This document shows, in pieces, positions 21,127 to 29,806 of a stretch of DNA of 46,205 nucleotides; within the stretch, counting starts at the first letter, position 1; the number at the start of each line of letters is the position of its first letter. The position numbers and the translations under genes were made by a program. Under the pieces are notes generated by a model that made no database searches, was not told the DNA's origin, and worked only from the letters and a program-made list of their open reading frames with translations. This DNA is from a bacterium (GTDB taxonomy: Bacteria > Bdellovibrionota_C > UBA2361 > CALJRW01): positions 1 to 46,205 of the forward strand of contig JANNBC010000049.1 in the NCBI GenBank assembly GCA_031385045.1, given 5' to 3'.

Positions 21127-21920
21127 AATTTTATTTCAGCAGATTCAATTTGAAAACTAAGATAGCCAAGATCTTTAAGTGCCGACTGTAAATAAACGCG
21201 TTGTGAGAGCCACCAACTTAGATTTTCTAAATTATCAATTTTAATTGATAAATTTCCCAAATTATCGAGTGCTAAACCAAATGCTTGTTGGCCCTGAACT
21301 TTAGATTGATATTTTAAATCTAAGCCCTTCTGCTCTAAATTATCCCAGACTGTTAAATGCTTTTCATGGCAGTCCCTTTGCTCTTCCCATTTCTCTGCTT
21401 TCGTTAAATTACAATGGGGGAAATTGCTCGAAAACTCTTGAAAGCTGCTGGATTCAATTAAACTGCGGGAAGCTCCTTGCGTTACCTCAACCTCTTCTAA
21501 TTGTTTTAAAGATAAACTAACTCTCTTTTCGGAAGTTAAATCTAAGTATTTCCTGCTATCAGCCGGCAAAATCGTAATTTTTTCACTTAGCAGATTCTTT
21601 TCAAATAACCTGTTTACTGGCAATGGTTGATAAATATTGGAATCCACAACAGACTCTCTGTATAAGGGTGATTGTGGATAAAAATTATTAGAAGTTCTTA
21701 CTCGAGGATCAATGCTTGGGGCTGACATTCTAGCAAAGCTTACATGCTCTAGCTTACAAGCTGGAGTTGCAGAAGTTAAGTTGCTTATTAATCGAGTTAC
21801 TAAATTTGAGAAATCTTTAATCCTTACTCTGCTATTACCCTCTGTAGTCTTTAAAGTATTAGCAGAGACAGAACTTAGCCCAGAAAGATTTACGTTTGAA
21901 TTTAGTTGATTTGCCTTCAC
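21123..21920 (-). CDS. Hypothetical protein, possibly SctP/FliK-like
   Basis: In the T3SS operon; Ser-rich low-complexity body; C-terminus L.I.I....L.WW......LQSALKDLGY..FQI resembles a T3S4 domain. Confidence 0.35.
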   Translation of the reverse strand: MKANQLNSNVNLSGLSSVSANTLKTTEGNSRVRIKDFSNLVTRLISNLTSATPACKLEHVSFARMSAPSIDPRVRTSNNFYPQSPLYRESVVDSNIYQPLPVNRLFEKNLLSEKITILPADSRKYLDLTSEKRVSLSLKQLEEVEVTQGASRSLIESSSFQEFSSNFPHCNLTKAEKWEEQRDCHEKHLTVWDNLEQKGLDLKYQSKVQGQQAFGLALDNLGNLSIKIDNLENLSWWLSQRVYLQSALKDLGYLSFQIESAEIKL

Positions 21921-22213
21921 TGGTTCGCCTGAATTTTTCGAAAGGTTTGCATGAAACTTTCAGCTACCTTACTAATCATCTCAATTCTTAAATGATAGTT
22001 ACTAGCTTGAATTTGATAGAGAATTAAATCTTCTGCTGAAATTTTTTGATGAGCGATTTGCTCGATTGAAAAAGGACGATCCAATCCCAATTTCTCGGTA
22101 AAATCCCTAATTAAATCAGCTAATTTACTTTGCTCAATTGGTAGCTTTTGCGCAGTTGGAGTAATTTCTAGATTACTTTGGAGAATTACTTGAGAAACAT
22201 TCATAATAATCAA
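21917..22213 (-). CDS. SctI-like (inner rod, YscI/HrpB2-type C-terminus) protein
   Basis: C-terminal SAEDLILYQIQASNYHLRIEMISKVAESFMQTFRKIQANQ fits the S.E.LL..Q......EL.SKV...... rod motif. Confidence 0.6.
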   Translation of the reverse strand: MIIMNVSQVILQSNLEITPTAQKLPIEQSKLADLIRDFTEKLGLDRPFSIEQIAHQKISAEDLILYQIQASNYHLRIEMISKVAESFMQTFRKIQANQ

Positions 22214-22273
22214 TTACAGATAATAATTGATTACTAATCGAAATCCTAAAATGAATGTTGTCTTACCTAAGGA

Positions 22274-22651
22274 TTATTTTTTGATATTCTTGCTTTCGAT
22301 CATCAAGGCCAAAATAGCGGCATTAAAATCTTTCTGCTGGCGAATAAAATCTTTTAAGAAAAACTTAATAACAGGGGCAATCACTTTCTTCATGGAAACA
22401 ATCACTGGCCCAATTAACTTGCGATGGGAAGTAATTTGTTGATTTCTTAAATCAACATCCCAAAGCTGACAAGCTGTTCGGAGTTTATCAAGGAACTGCT
22501 CACTAATTTCCGATGAATTTAATGTTAATTCAAATGTTAGTGCTTCTAAATATTTTTTCTGATCCCAAGTATAATCAATTTGGGAGATACGAGTTTGTAA
22601 TTTATCTTCTAGGTTGTAGTTGGAATATTGGGTGTTTAGGAAGGTGGTCAT
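22274..22651 (-). CDS. Hypothetical protein
   Basis: 125-aa ORF; SHRKLIGPVIV..KK.I......I.QQ..FN helix recalls segments of surface-polysaccharide methyl/glycosyltransferases. Confidence 0.6.
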   Translation of the reverse strand: MTTFLNTQYSNYNLEDKLQTRISQIDYTWDQKKYLEALTFELTLNSSEISEQFLDKLRTACQLWDVDLRNQQITSHRKLIGPVIVSMKKVIAPVIKFFLKDFIRQQKDFNAAILALMIESKNIKK

Positions 22652-22711
22652 AAATAATTAATTATTTGTATTTACTTCGATGAAAATAAAATACCCCTAT
22701 CTTATAAAGTG

Positions 22712-22974
22712 TGCCTATCATTCTCTACGAGAATGATATCCGAGATACGACTTCCAGGAAGTCGTATTTACGATCATATTCCCTTCGGAAATATATGCAC
22801 TCAACAAAATCAATGCCTATCATTCTCTACGAGAATGATATCCGAAATGCGACTTCTAGGAAGTCGCATTTACGATCATATTCCCTCCGGGAATTATATG
22901 CACTCAACAAAATTAATGCCCATAATTCCCTACAGGAATTATATACACTCACTACTCCAAGGGAGTAGTGAGTG
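22712..22974. repeat. Tandem ~102-bp repeat (2 copies plus a partial) made of serial palindromic hairpins
   Basis: Units start at 22712, 22814 and 22917. Hairpins: TATCATTCTC-tac-GAGAATGATA, ATACGACTTC-cag-GAAGTCGTAT / ATGCGACTTC-tag-GAAGTCGCAT, CACTCACTACTCC-aag-GGAGTAGTGAGTG. Confidence 0.92.
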
Positions 22975-23056
22975 CCCGAAAGAGGACTTGAACCTCCACG
23001 ACCTTGCGATCACCAGACCCTTAATCTGGCGTGTCTACCAATTCCACCATTCGGGC
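22973..23056 (-). tRNA. tRNA-Leu(AAG)
   Basis: GCCCGAATGGTGGAATTGGTAGACACG-CCAGA-TTAAGGG-TCTGG-long variable arm-GGAGGTTCAAGTCCTC-TTTCGGGC-A; CCA not encoded; follows secG. Confidence 0.95.
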
Positions 23057-23066
23057 AAAAATCTTA

Positions 23067-23543
23067 CTATTTAGTTTTTTCAGGCTGCGGAACTTCGACA
23101 GGGGCTACTGGAACCTCTACCTGCTTGGTAACTTCTGGAGCAACGACTTCCGCAACTACAGGAGCTTTAGCTTCTTCAGTTATTGCTTCCTTTTTCATTT
23201 CAGCAGTTCCCGCAGGAGCTTTAGCTTCAGCCGTTGTATCTTCACCTTCAGGAGCTTGAACGTTAAGGACAGAGCCTTCTAAAACATCTTGGGCGGAACT
23301 CTTCTGAGTAACAGCTTTTTTCATGTAAACATTTACTAAGAGTATTGAGGTAACCATAAAAGCAATGGCTAAGCCTGTAGTCACACGACTCATGAAACTT
23401 GGAGCGGACCCCGCACCAATTACAGAATCACTAGTACTTCCAAACACAGCTCCAGCCTCTGCTCCTTTACCTTGCTGTAAAAGAACTAAGCCAATGATGC
23501 CGACACAAATTATAAGATGAATAACAAAGATTACTGAAAACAC
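23067..23543 (-). CDS. secG: Preprotein translocase subunit with Ala/Pro/Glu-rich tail
   Basis: VLLQQGKGAEAGAVFG, F.SRVT..LAI.F..TS. Confidence 0.95.
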   Translation of the reverse strand: MFSVIFVIHLIICVGIIGLVLLQQGKGAEAGAVFGSTSDSVIGAGSAPSFMSRVTTGLAIAFMVTSILLVNVYMKKAVTQKSSAQDVLEGSVLNVQAPEGEDTTAEAKAPAGTAEMKKEAITEEAKAPVVAEVVAPEVTKQVEVPVAPVEVPQPEKTK

Positions 23544-23552
23544 GATTTTCCT

Positions 23553-24332
23553 TTAATTAAAGATATTAACGCCCTGGTTAGATTTTAGTTTATTATCAAC
23601 AATTTCGATAACTTTCAATGCCAAGTCCTTAAATTGCTGAGCAATGGGATTTTCGGGATTATTAGCAATTGGTTCACCATTATCCCCTCCTTCTCGAATT
23701 CCAATATTAATCGGAAAACTAGCTAAAACAGGTATATTAAATTTCTGAGAAAGCTCCTCGCCTCCTCCAGTTCCAAAGATATTGTAAACTTGGCCATCTG
23801 GAGCAGTAAAACCAGCCATATTTTCTACTAGGCCTAAAACTGGAACGTTTACTTTAGCAAACATGTTAATGGCCTTACGAACATCAGCCATCGCGACTTC
23901 CTGAGGAGTCGTAACCATTAAGGCCCCGGTCAATTGAACCATTTGACATAGCGAAATCTGAGCATCCCCAGTCCCAGGTGGCAAATCAAGAATACAATAA
24001 TCTACTGTTCCCCAATTCACATCTTGAAATAACTGTTGCAATGCCTTGGTAAACATTGGGCCACGCCAAATAATTGGATCATCTGGATTACTCAAGAAAA
24101 ATGCGAGAGAAACATACTTAACACCATATTTTTCTGCAGGTATTAGACGACCTTCATGATCCGTTTGAATCTTACCACCACCCATTAGTGTTGGAACGCT
24201 TGGGCCATAAAGATCCGCATCAATTAGAGCAACTTTAGCTCCAGTTTTTGCAAGAGCTACCGCTAGATTCACAGCAACAGTAGATTTACCAACGCCTCCT
24301 TTACCAGACGCTACAGGAATGATTGACTTCAT
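23553..24332 (-). CDS. mrp: Mrp/ApbC/NBP35-family ATPase
   Basis: SGKGGVGKST, DADLYGPS, WRGPM, DLPPGTGD, VTTPQ, ENM. Confidence 0.93.
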   Translation of the reverse strand: MKSIIPVASGKGGVGKSTVAVNLAVALAKTGAKVALIDADLYGPSVPTLMGGGKIQTDHEGRLIPAEKYGVKYVSLAFFLSNPDDPIIWRGPMFTKALQQLFQDVNWGTVDYCILDLPPGTGDAQISLCQMVQLTGALMVTTPQEVAMADVRKAINMFAKVNVPVLGLVENMAGFTAPDGQVYNIFGTGGGEELSQKFNIPVLASFPINIGIREGGDNGEPIANNPENPIAQQFKDLALKVIEIVDNKLKSNQGVNIFN

Positions 24333-24336
24333 ATAA

Positions 24337-24885
24337 CTACTGAACCTCTGTTGTTGGTGTTGTTGGTAATGTATCTGTAGTAGTAAGCGTTGCTTCTAGT
24401 GCCCGAATTTCTTCTTTCTTCTTTTCAATCTCAGCCAGAATCTCTTCATTTGAAACAACACGAGATCTTTTCTTCCAATTTCTCATCTCGATACTAACGT
24501 TAGCAGTATTACTTGGAACTCGCATTGTACGAGTTACTGACTTACCAGCAGAAAGACTAGCTGAGGAGGCGCCACGACGCACAGTCCGTCCATCAGCATC
24601 CTTAGCAATTAAATCTAAACTAACTGTGTACTGGTCTTCAGAATTATTAAAAACTTTATACTCATATTCTCCATCAGCAACTCGGCTTACACTGGCAGTT
24701 AATGGATTCACTGTTGCCTCATCTAAGCTATTACCACCGGCAGGGCCATCCTGAGTTGCTTGACCAACTGGCACGTTTGTTGTGGCAGCTAAAGTACCAG
24801 TTTTCGGCATCACAGCTTCCTCAGACTCAGCAAAGCTTAATATTGGTAAAAGCAAAAGTACTACTAAAAATGTAATTTTCATCAT
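24337..24885 (-). CDS. Exported hypothetical protein
   Basis: Signal peptide MMKITFLVVLLLLPILSFA; beta-rich core; C-terminal coiled coil. Confidence 0.7.
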   Translation of the reverse strand: MMKITFLVVLLLLPILSFAESEEAVMPKTGTLAATTNVPVGQATQDGPAGGNSLDEATVNPLTASVSRVADGEYEYKVFNNSEDQYTVSLDLIAKDADGRTVRRGASSASLSAGKSVTRTMRVPSNTANVSIEMRNWKKRSRVVSNEEILAEIEKKKEEIRALEATLTTTDTLPTTPTTEVQ

Positions 24886-25068
24886 TTTAATATTTCTTAA
24901 ATTAGGACCTTGAATTTTAGGTCTCAAAGTTAATGAGCAAACATATTACTTGATCTGCTATTTTTACTCTTATATAAGCTTAGTTAGCTGAATCAAGGAA
25001 CTAGAGAAAGATCTCCGATCACTCCTGTAAACTATACAAGAAAACCATAAAAGGCAAAAGAATAACTT

Positions 25069-25392
25069 ATGACTAATGACTTTCGGATTGCATTAACAAC
25101 AATTAGCACTTTAGACGAAGCCAAGGTTCTTTCCAACGCTATAATTGAACAAAAACTTGCTACCTGCGTGAATACTTTAAATATTGCTAACTCCTGCTAC
25201 TCTTGGGAAGGTGAAATCAATAATTCTCCGGAAATGTTACTAAGTATTAAAACGACTAAACATTTAATTCCGGCAATAATTAAATTTTTAGATGCAAACC
25301 ACCCCTATCAAACCTACTTTTTCTCAGTACTTTGCCCAGAAAGTATTAATCAAACTTATTTTGATTGGCTACTTACAAATATTAAAAAATGA
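25069..25392 (+). CDS. cutA: Divalent-cation tolerance protein
   Basis: LATCVN, S.Y.WEG.I, E.LL.IKT, HPY. Confidence 0.88.
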   Translation: MTNDFRIALTTISTLDEAKVLSNAIIEQKLATCVNTLNIANSCYSWEGEINNSPEMLLSIKTTKHLIPAIIKFLDANHPYQTYFFSVLCPESINQTYFDWLLTNIKK

Positions 25393-25940
25393 AAACTGTT
25401 GCTGTTTTAATCTCAGGAAGAGGCTCTAATCTTTTAAATCTTTTGGAGTGCGCTAGAAATTATAAAATCATTGCTGTTTATTCTAATAAAGCAGAGGCAC
25501 TGGGGCTTCAGTATGCCGAGAGATTTCAGATACCCTACTTTATTTTTGCAAAAAATACCGAATACTCGGCTCTAGAACAAAAGACTAAATTATTTGAACA
25601 TCTAGCAAATTTAAATCCAGACTTAATTGCCTTGGCTGGCTTTATGAGTATTGTCCCAACTGATTTTATCCAAAAGTTTCCCAGCCGAATTATCAATATT
25701 CACCCAGCACTTCTACCTAAATTTCCAGGTCTGAATACCCATCAGCGGGCAATAGATGCTAAGGAAAAAGAACATGGCTGTACAGTGCACTATGTTGATG
25801 AGGGAATTGATACTGGTGAAATAATTGCTCAGGCTAGTTGCCCACTTTTGCCTGAAGACACTGAAGATGCGCTTGCCAGTAGAGTTCTAAAACTAGAGCA
25901 TCAACTATATCCTGAAGTTTTAAATAATCTTTCTGCTTAA
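25389..25940 (+). CDS. purN: Phosphoribosylglycinamide formyltransferase
   Basis: VLISGRGSNL, LAGFM, INIHPALLP, GCTVHYVDEGIDTG, EHQLYP. Confidence 0.97.
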   Translation: MKTVAVLISGRGSNLLNLLECARNYKIIAVYSNKAEALGLQYAERFQIPYFIFAKNTEYSALEQKTKLFEHLANLNPDLIALAGFMSIVPTDFIQKFPSRIINIHPALLPKFPGLNTHQRAIDAKEKEHGCTVHYVDEGIDTGEIIAQASCPLLPEDTEDALASRVLKLEHQLYPEVLNNLSA

Positions 25941-25959
25941 TGGCAAAACGTGTTTTTAT

Positions 25960-26727
25960 TCAAAGCATTTTAATTTGCCGTACTAACATCCTCTCAGCTT
26001 CACCCATCGGCTGAATTCCGCTAATTAACTCTAAGGGTATCCCCTCTTTTGGCACCTTCAGTCTTGGAGCTCGTCCGTCACTGGCAACCTCTGAATATTT
26101 AGCATGTAAAAAAACCTCCGGCTTAAGTCCAATACAGAAGCCTTTTAAATTAAGGGCAAAATCTTTAGCCACATCAATTTGCTCTTCCGTAAATCCACGT
26201 TTTACTAAGAATTCAGCAGTACTAGTTATTTCCTGATCCATTGCTGTGGAATCAACTAAATGGATCGCTAACTGATAGTCTTGATATGAAGTAGGATTTA
26301 ATCCAAAAATTTTTATTAAAGCATTTGACTCTGCCTGTAACAAAGCATGATTCTCAGCATAGCCATGATATTCATTGGGAGCTTCAGAAAAATGCGCATA
26401 ACCTTTCCGCAAAGCATTTCTGGCATCCGTGTGATTTCCAATAACATCAATGATTGGCTCTACATCTAAATAGCCTCGATGATATTCTTCTTTAATGATA
26501 CTAGCAGGAAGATGTCCTGTTTTTAAGATTTCTTGTAAAACACCAAAGCTACAACCATGAATTGCCGCATTTGTTAAGACATTTAATTCTGAGACAAGTA
26601 GTCCTTGCACCTTAGTTAAGGTATCAACCGAAGCGATGTCTCTAGCCAAAGCAATTGGTGAAGTTAGACCAACAGCTACTAATCTTGCTAGATGCTTTTC
26701 AATTGAGGTTTGTTGTAAATCAGCCAT
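25960..26727 (-). CDS. Hypothetical protein
   Basis: 255-aa ORF with ATG start; no confident family. Confidence 0.7.
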   Translation of the reverse strand: MADLQQTSIEKHLARLVAVGLTSPIALARDIASVDTLTKVQGLLVSELNVLTNAAIHGCSFGVLQEILKTGHLPASIIKEEYHRGYLDVEPIIDVIGNHTDARNALRKGYAHFSEAPNEYHGYAENHALLQAESNALIKIFGLNPTSYQDYQLAIHLVDSTAMDQEITSTAEFLVKRGFTEEQIDVAKDFALNLKGFCIGLKPEVFLHAKYSEVASDGRAPRLKVPKEGIPLELISGIQPMGEAERMLVRQIKML

Positions 26728-26823
26728 TTCAGTAAGTACATCGGCTTCTAGGCTATCAAATTTTAGCTAAATTTGCTGTTTATAATCATTAAATTAATGA
26801 TTTGGCAGATTAACTAAAGGATA

Positions 26824-27567
26824 TTATTTAAGTAACATACTTAAGGCTGTACCAATAGCAACTATTAAGAAGATGTTTTTTAGAACTTTATTGCCCTGCT
26901 TCAAAGAAAATTTTGCACCCAAGTAACTCCCAATCAACGCTCCTAAGATTAATGCTGGGGCTAGATCCCAAAGTATATGACCAAGAAATAAATGACAGAC
27001 AGCTCCAACTCCATTCCATAAAAGCCCACAAGCAGAAATTGTCATTGCGGTTGCATGTTTTTGGTCATATTTTAAAACACTGATGTACATCAGTGTTAAA
27101 AATATTCCAGTTCCAGCTGACAACCATCCACTATAAAAGGCAATCGGAGTCATAATTAGAATACAGCGAAGTACGTTTGTAGTATTGAGAGCTTGAGGAT
27201 TATGTGGGTTTAGTCCTAATTTACTTGTGAAACTAATGATCACAGCTAGCAGTATAAATACTCCTAAGATCACTTTCATTGTCTCTCCTGGCAAACGATC
27301 GGAAAAACAAGTTCCTAAAATTACAAAGGGCAAGCCATAGGTAGCTGAAAACCAAAAGACGCGCCGATCGATAATCCCGGAACGAAAATAAACAAGACTA
27401 CTAGAAATACCAATAAATCCTACAGCCAACTTGGCAGAAGCCAAGGCATTGATATAGGGAAGTCCGGATAAGATGAAAACTGGCTGGAGAATTAAGCCCG
27501 CGCCACCACCTGCCAGGGTTGCAAAAAAGCAAGCAATTAAGGCAGCAAAAAAAGAAATTAGGAACAT
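26824..27567 (-). CDS. TauE/SafE sulfite-exporter family membrane protein
   Basis: GGGAGLI..P repeat, FYSG....GTG, GALIGSYLGAK. Confidence 0.85.
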   Translation of the reverse strand: MFLISFFAALIACFFATLAGGGAGLILQPVFILSGLPYINALASAKLAVGFIGISSSLVYFRSGIIDRRVFWFSATYGLPFVILGTCFSDRLPGETMKVILGVFILLAVIISFTSKLGLNPHNPQALNTTNVLRCILIMTPIAFYSGWLSAGTGIFLTLMYISVLKYDQKHATAMTISACGLLWNGVGAVCHLFLGHILWDLAPALILGALIGSYLGAKFSLKQGNKVLKNIFLIVAIGTALSMLLK

Positions 27568-27732
27568 TAATGATCTTCAAAAGTAATTTTCGGAGCAAGA
27601 CAGTTTTAGCTAGGTCAAATTCTATTAGCAATACTAAGATTAAGGCATTTGCTCTCCTATAAAAACACCTAGTGGAATAAATTATCTATTCTTAGTAAAG
27701 TACTGGCACATTTGTTTTTATATTAAATTTAC

Positions 27733-29406
27733 ATGAGTAATCAGGATATTATTTTCTCAATGCACGGTGTCACTAAGACATTTCCTCCTCAAAAAACAGT
27801 TCTTAAAAACATTCACCTATCCTTTTTTTATGGCGCCAAGATTGGTGTACTGGGCTTAAACGGTTCAGGAAAATCTTCACTTTTAAAAGTTATTGCAGGA
27901 ATTGATAAAGAAATCCAAGGGGAAGTCTCTTTCATGTCAGAAAATTATTCGATTGGAATGTTAGAACAAGAACCAGTACTAGATCCAACTAAAACGGCGC
28001 GAGAAATTGTCGAAGAAGGTGCTCAGGAAGTTGTCAATCTTTTAAAAGAATTTGAAGCTATTAATCTGCGCTTTGGAGAATCAATGAGCGATGATGAAAT
28101 GGATCGACTAATTGCCAAACAAGCAGAAGTTCAAGAGAAGCTAGACCATCATGATGCTTGGGAATTAGATACTAAACTAGAAAGAGCCATGGATGCGCTT
28201 CGTTGCCCTCCTTCTGATGCCCTAGTTAAGAATCTATCAGGTGGAGAAAAACGCCGTTTAGCACTTTGTCGTCTATTACTAAAAGAACCAGATGTTTTAT
28301 TACTAGATGAACCCACTAACCACCTTGATGCCGAATCAGTAGATTGGCTGGAACAACACTTACAAAAATATCCTGGGACTGTAATTGCGGTAACACACGA
28401 TCGTTACTTCCTAGATAATGTAGCTGGTTGGATTCTAGAATTAGATCGCGGTGCCGGAATTCCTTGGAAAGGAAATTACTCTTCATGGTTAGAGCAGAAA
28501 CAAGACCGTTTAGCACAAGAAGAAAAAACGGAATCCAAAAGACAAAAAACGCTACAAAGAGAATTGGAATGGATTCGGATGTCACCAAAAGCCAGACAAG
28601 CGAAATCAAAAGCAAGAATTTCTTCCTATGAATCGATGGCTAATGAAGAATCCAAACAAAAAGAGGATCGTTTGGAACTCTTTATCCCAACTGGTCCAAG
28701 ACTTGGTGCTCAAGTCGTGGAAGCCAAAAATGTTTCTATGGGATTTGGTGATCGCCTGCTTTATGAAAACTTAAATTTTTCATTACCTCAGGGTGGAATT
28801 GTTGGAATCATTGGGCCAAATGGAGCTGGAAAAACAACATTATTTAAATTAATTACAGGAGAGCTAAAACCACTATCAGGAGAGTTTCTAACCGGCACTT
28901 CTGTTAAGATTGGTTATGTAGATCAAAGTCATGACAACCTAGATCCGAATAAATCAATCTATGAAGCGATCTCTGGTGGTAATGATCCAATGATGGTTGG
29001 TGACCGACCTGTAAATGCTCGTGCCTATGTCAGCAAATTTAATTTTAGTGGTCCCGATCAAGAGAAAAAAGTTGGAGCCCTATCCGGAGGGGAAAGAAAT
29101 CGAGTTCACCTATCCATGGCCTTAAAGGAAGGAGCAAACTTGCTTTTACTAGATGAACCAACCAATGATTTAGACGTTAATACATTAAGAGCCCTAGAAG
29201 ATGCCTTAGATAATTTTGCAGGTTGTGCTGTAATTATTTCCCATGATCGTTGGTTTTTAGATCGCGTGGCAACTCACATTTTAGCTTTTGAAGGTGACTC
29301 ACAAGTAGTTTGGTTTGAAGGCAACTACTCTGACTACGAAGTAGATCGTCTAAAAAGAGTTGGTCGTGAAACTCCAAAAAGAATCAAATATAAACCTCTT
29401 AAGTAA
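27733..29406 (+). CDS. ettA: Energy-dependent translational throttle protein (ABC-F)
   Basis: LSFFYGAKIGVLGLNGSGKS, two ABC cassettes, RELEWIR.SPKARQAKSKAR. Confidence 0.96.
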   Translation: MSNQDIIFSMHGVTKTFPPQKTVLKNIHLSFFYGAKIGVLGLNGSGKSSLLKVIAGIDKEIQGEVSFMSENYSIGMLEQEPVLDPTKTAREIVEEGAQEVVNLLKEFEAINLRFGESMSDDEMDRLIAKQAEVQEKLDHHDAWELDTKLERAMDALRCPPSDALVKNLSGGEKRRLALCRLLLKEPDVLLLDEPTNHLDAESVDWLEQHLQKYPGTVIAVTHDRYFLDNVAGWILELDRGAGIPWKGNYSSWLEQKQDRLAQEEKTESKRQKTLQRELEWIRMSPKARQAKSKARISSYESMANEESKQKEDRLELFIPTGPRLGAQVVEAKNVSMGFGDRLLYENLNFSLPQGGIVGIIGPNGAGKTTLFKLITGELKPLSGEFLTGTSVKIGYVDQSHDNLDPNKSIYEAISGGNDPMMVGDRPVNARAYVSKFNFSGPDQEKKVGALSGGERNRVHLSMALKEGANLLLLDEPTNDLDVNTLRALEDALDNFAGCAVIISHDRWFLDRVATHILAFEGDSQVVWFEGNYSDYEVDRLKRVGRETPKRIKYKPLK

Positions 29407-29709
29407 TTAAAGCAGGTGTCTCTTTGTTCGAACCTTAATTCGTTGAGCAAAAAACTTGCCTCCTAAACGATTTAAGACTGAAGGATAGATATCATTTCTA
29501 TGATGTTTAGACTTTGAATAATCTGTTGCATTTGATTCTGAACTCCTCATCGCTCCTGAAGCATAAGCTGGTTTTAGCGAGTTCCGCTCGGACTGCTTGC
29601 GAATTGCCTCAAAGTCGACCTGGCGAATAGAGGTAGTCATCCGCTCCCAAGTCTCTTCTTCCGAATTTGTCCCTAATAATCTACCTAAGCTATTAATTAA
29701 CCAATTCAT
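29407..29709 (-). CDS. Hypothetical protein
   Basis: 100-aa ORF with AAGGA-like RBS before the ATG; stop abuts the ettA stop. Confidence 0.55.
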   Translation of the reverse strand: MNWLINSLGRLLGTNSEEETWERMTTSIRQVDFEAIRKQSERNSLKPAYASGAMRSSESNATDYSKSKHHRNDIYPSVLNRLGGKFFAQRIKVRTKRHLL

Positions 29710-29806
29710 ATAATCATCCTTGATTTATAAATTTATAGTAAGGACTAAATTGAAGTCCCAAATCACTATCGACGGAGCTATGAAAGGACTTGAAACCTTA
29801 GCTATA

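Noticed and set aside
22712..22974. CRISPR array
   Set aside because: Whole 102-bp units are duplicated with no unique spacers, and there are no cas genes in the window.
22709..23074. Plus-strand ORFs 22709-23074 and 22711-22968 with repeated peptides
   Set aside because: They are translations of the hairpin tandem repeat; the longer one also runs antisense through the tRNA.
23159..23230. Direct repeat CAGGAGCTTTAGCTTC in secG
   Set aside because: Simply encodes the repeated EAKAP in the low-complexity SecG tail.
22972..23282. ORFs 22972-23259 and 23031-23282
   Set aside because: Antisense to tRNA-Leu and secG.
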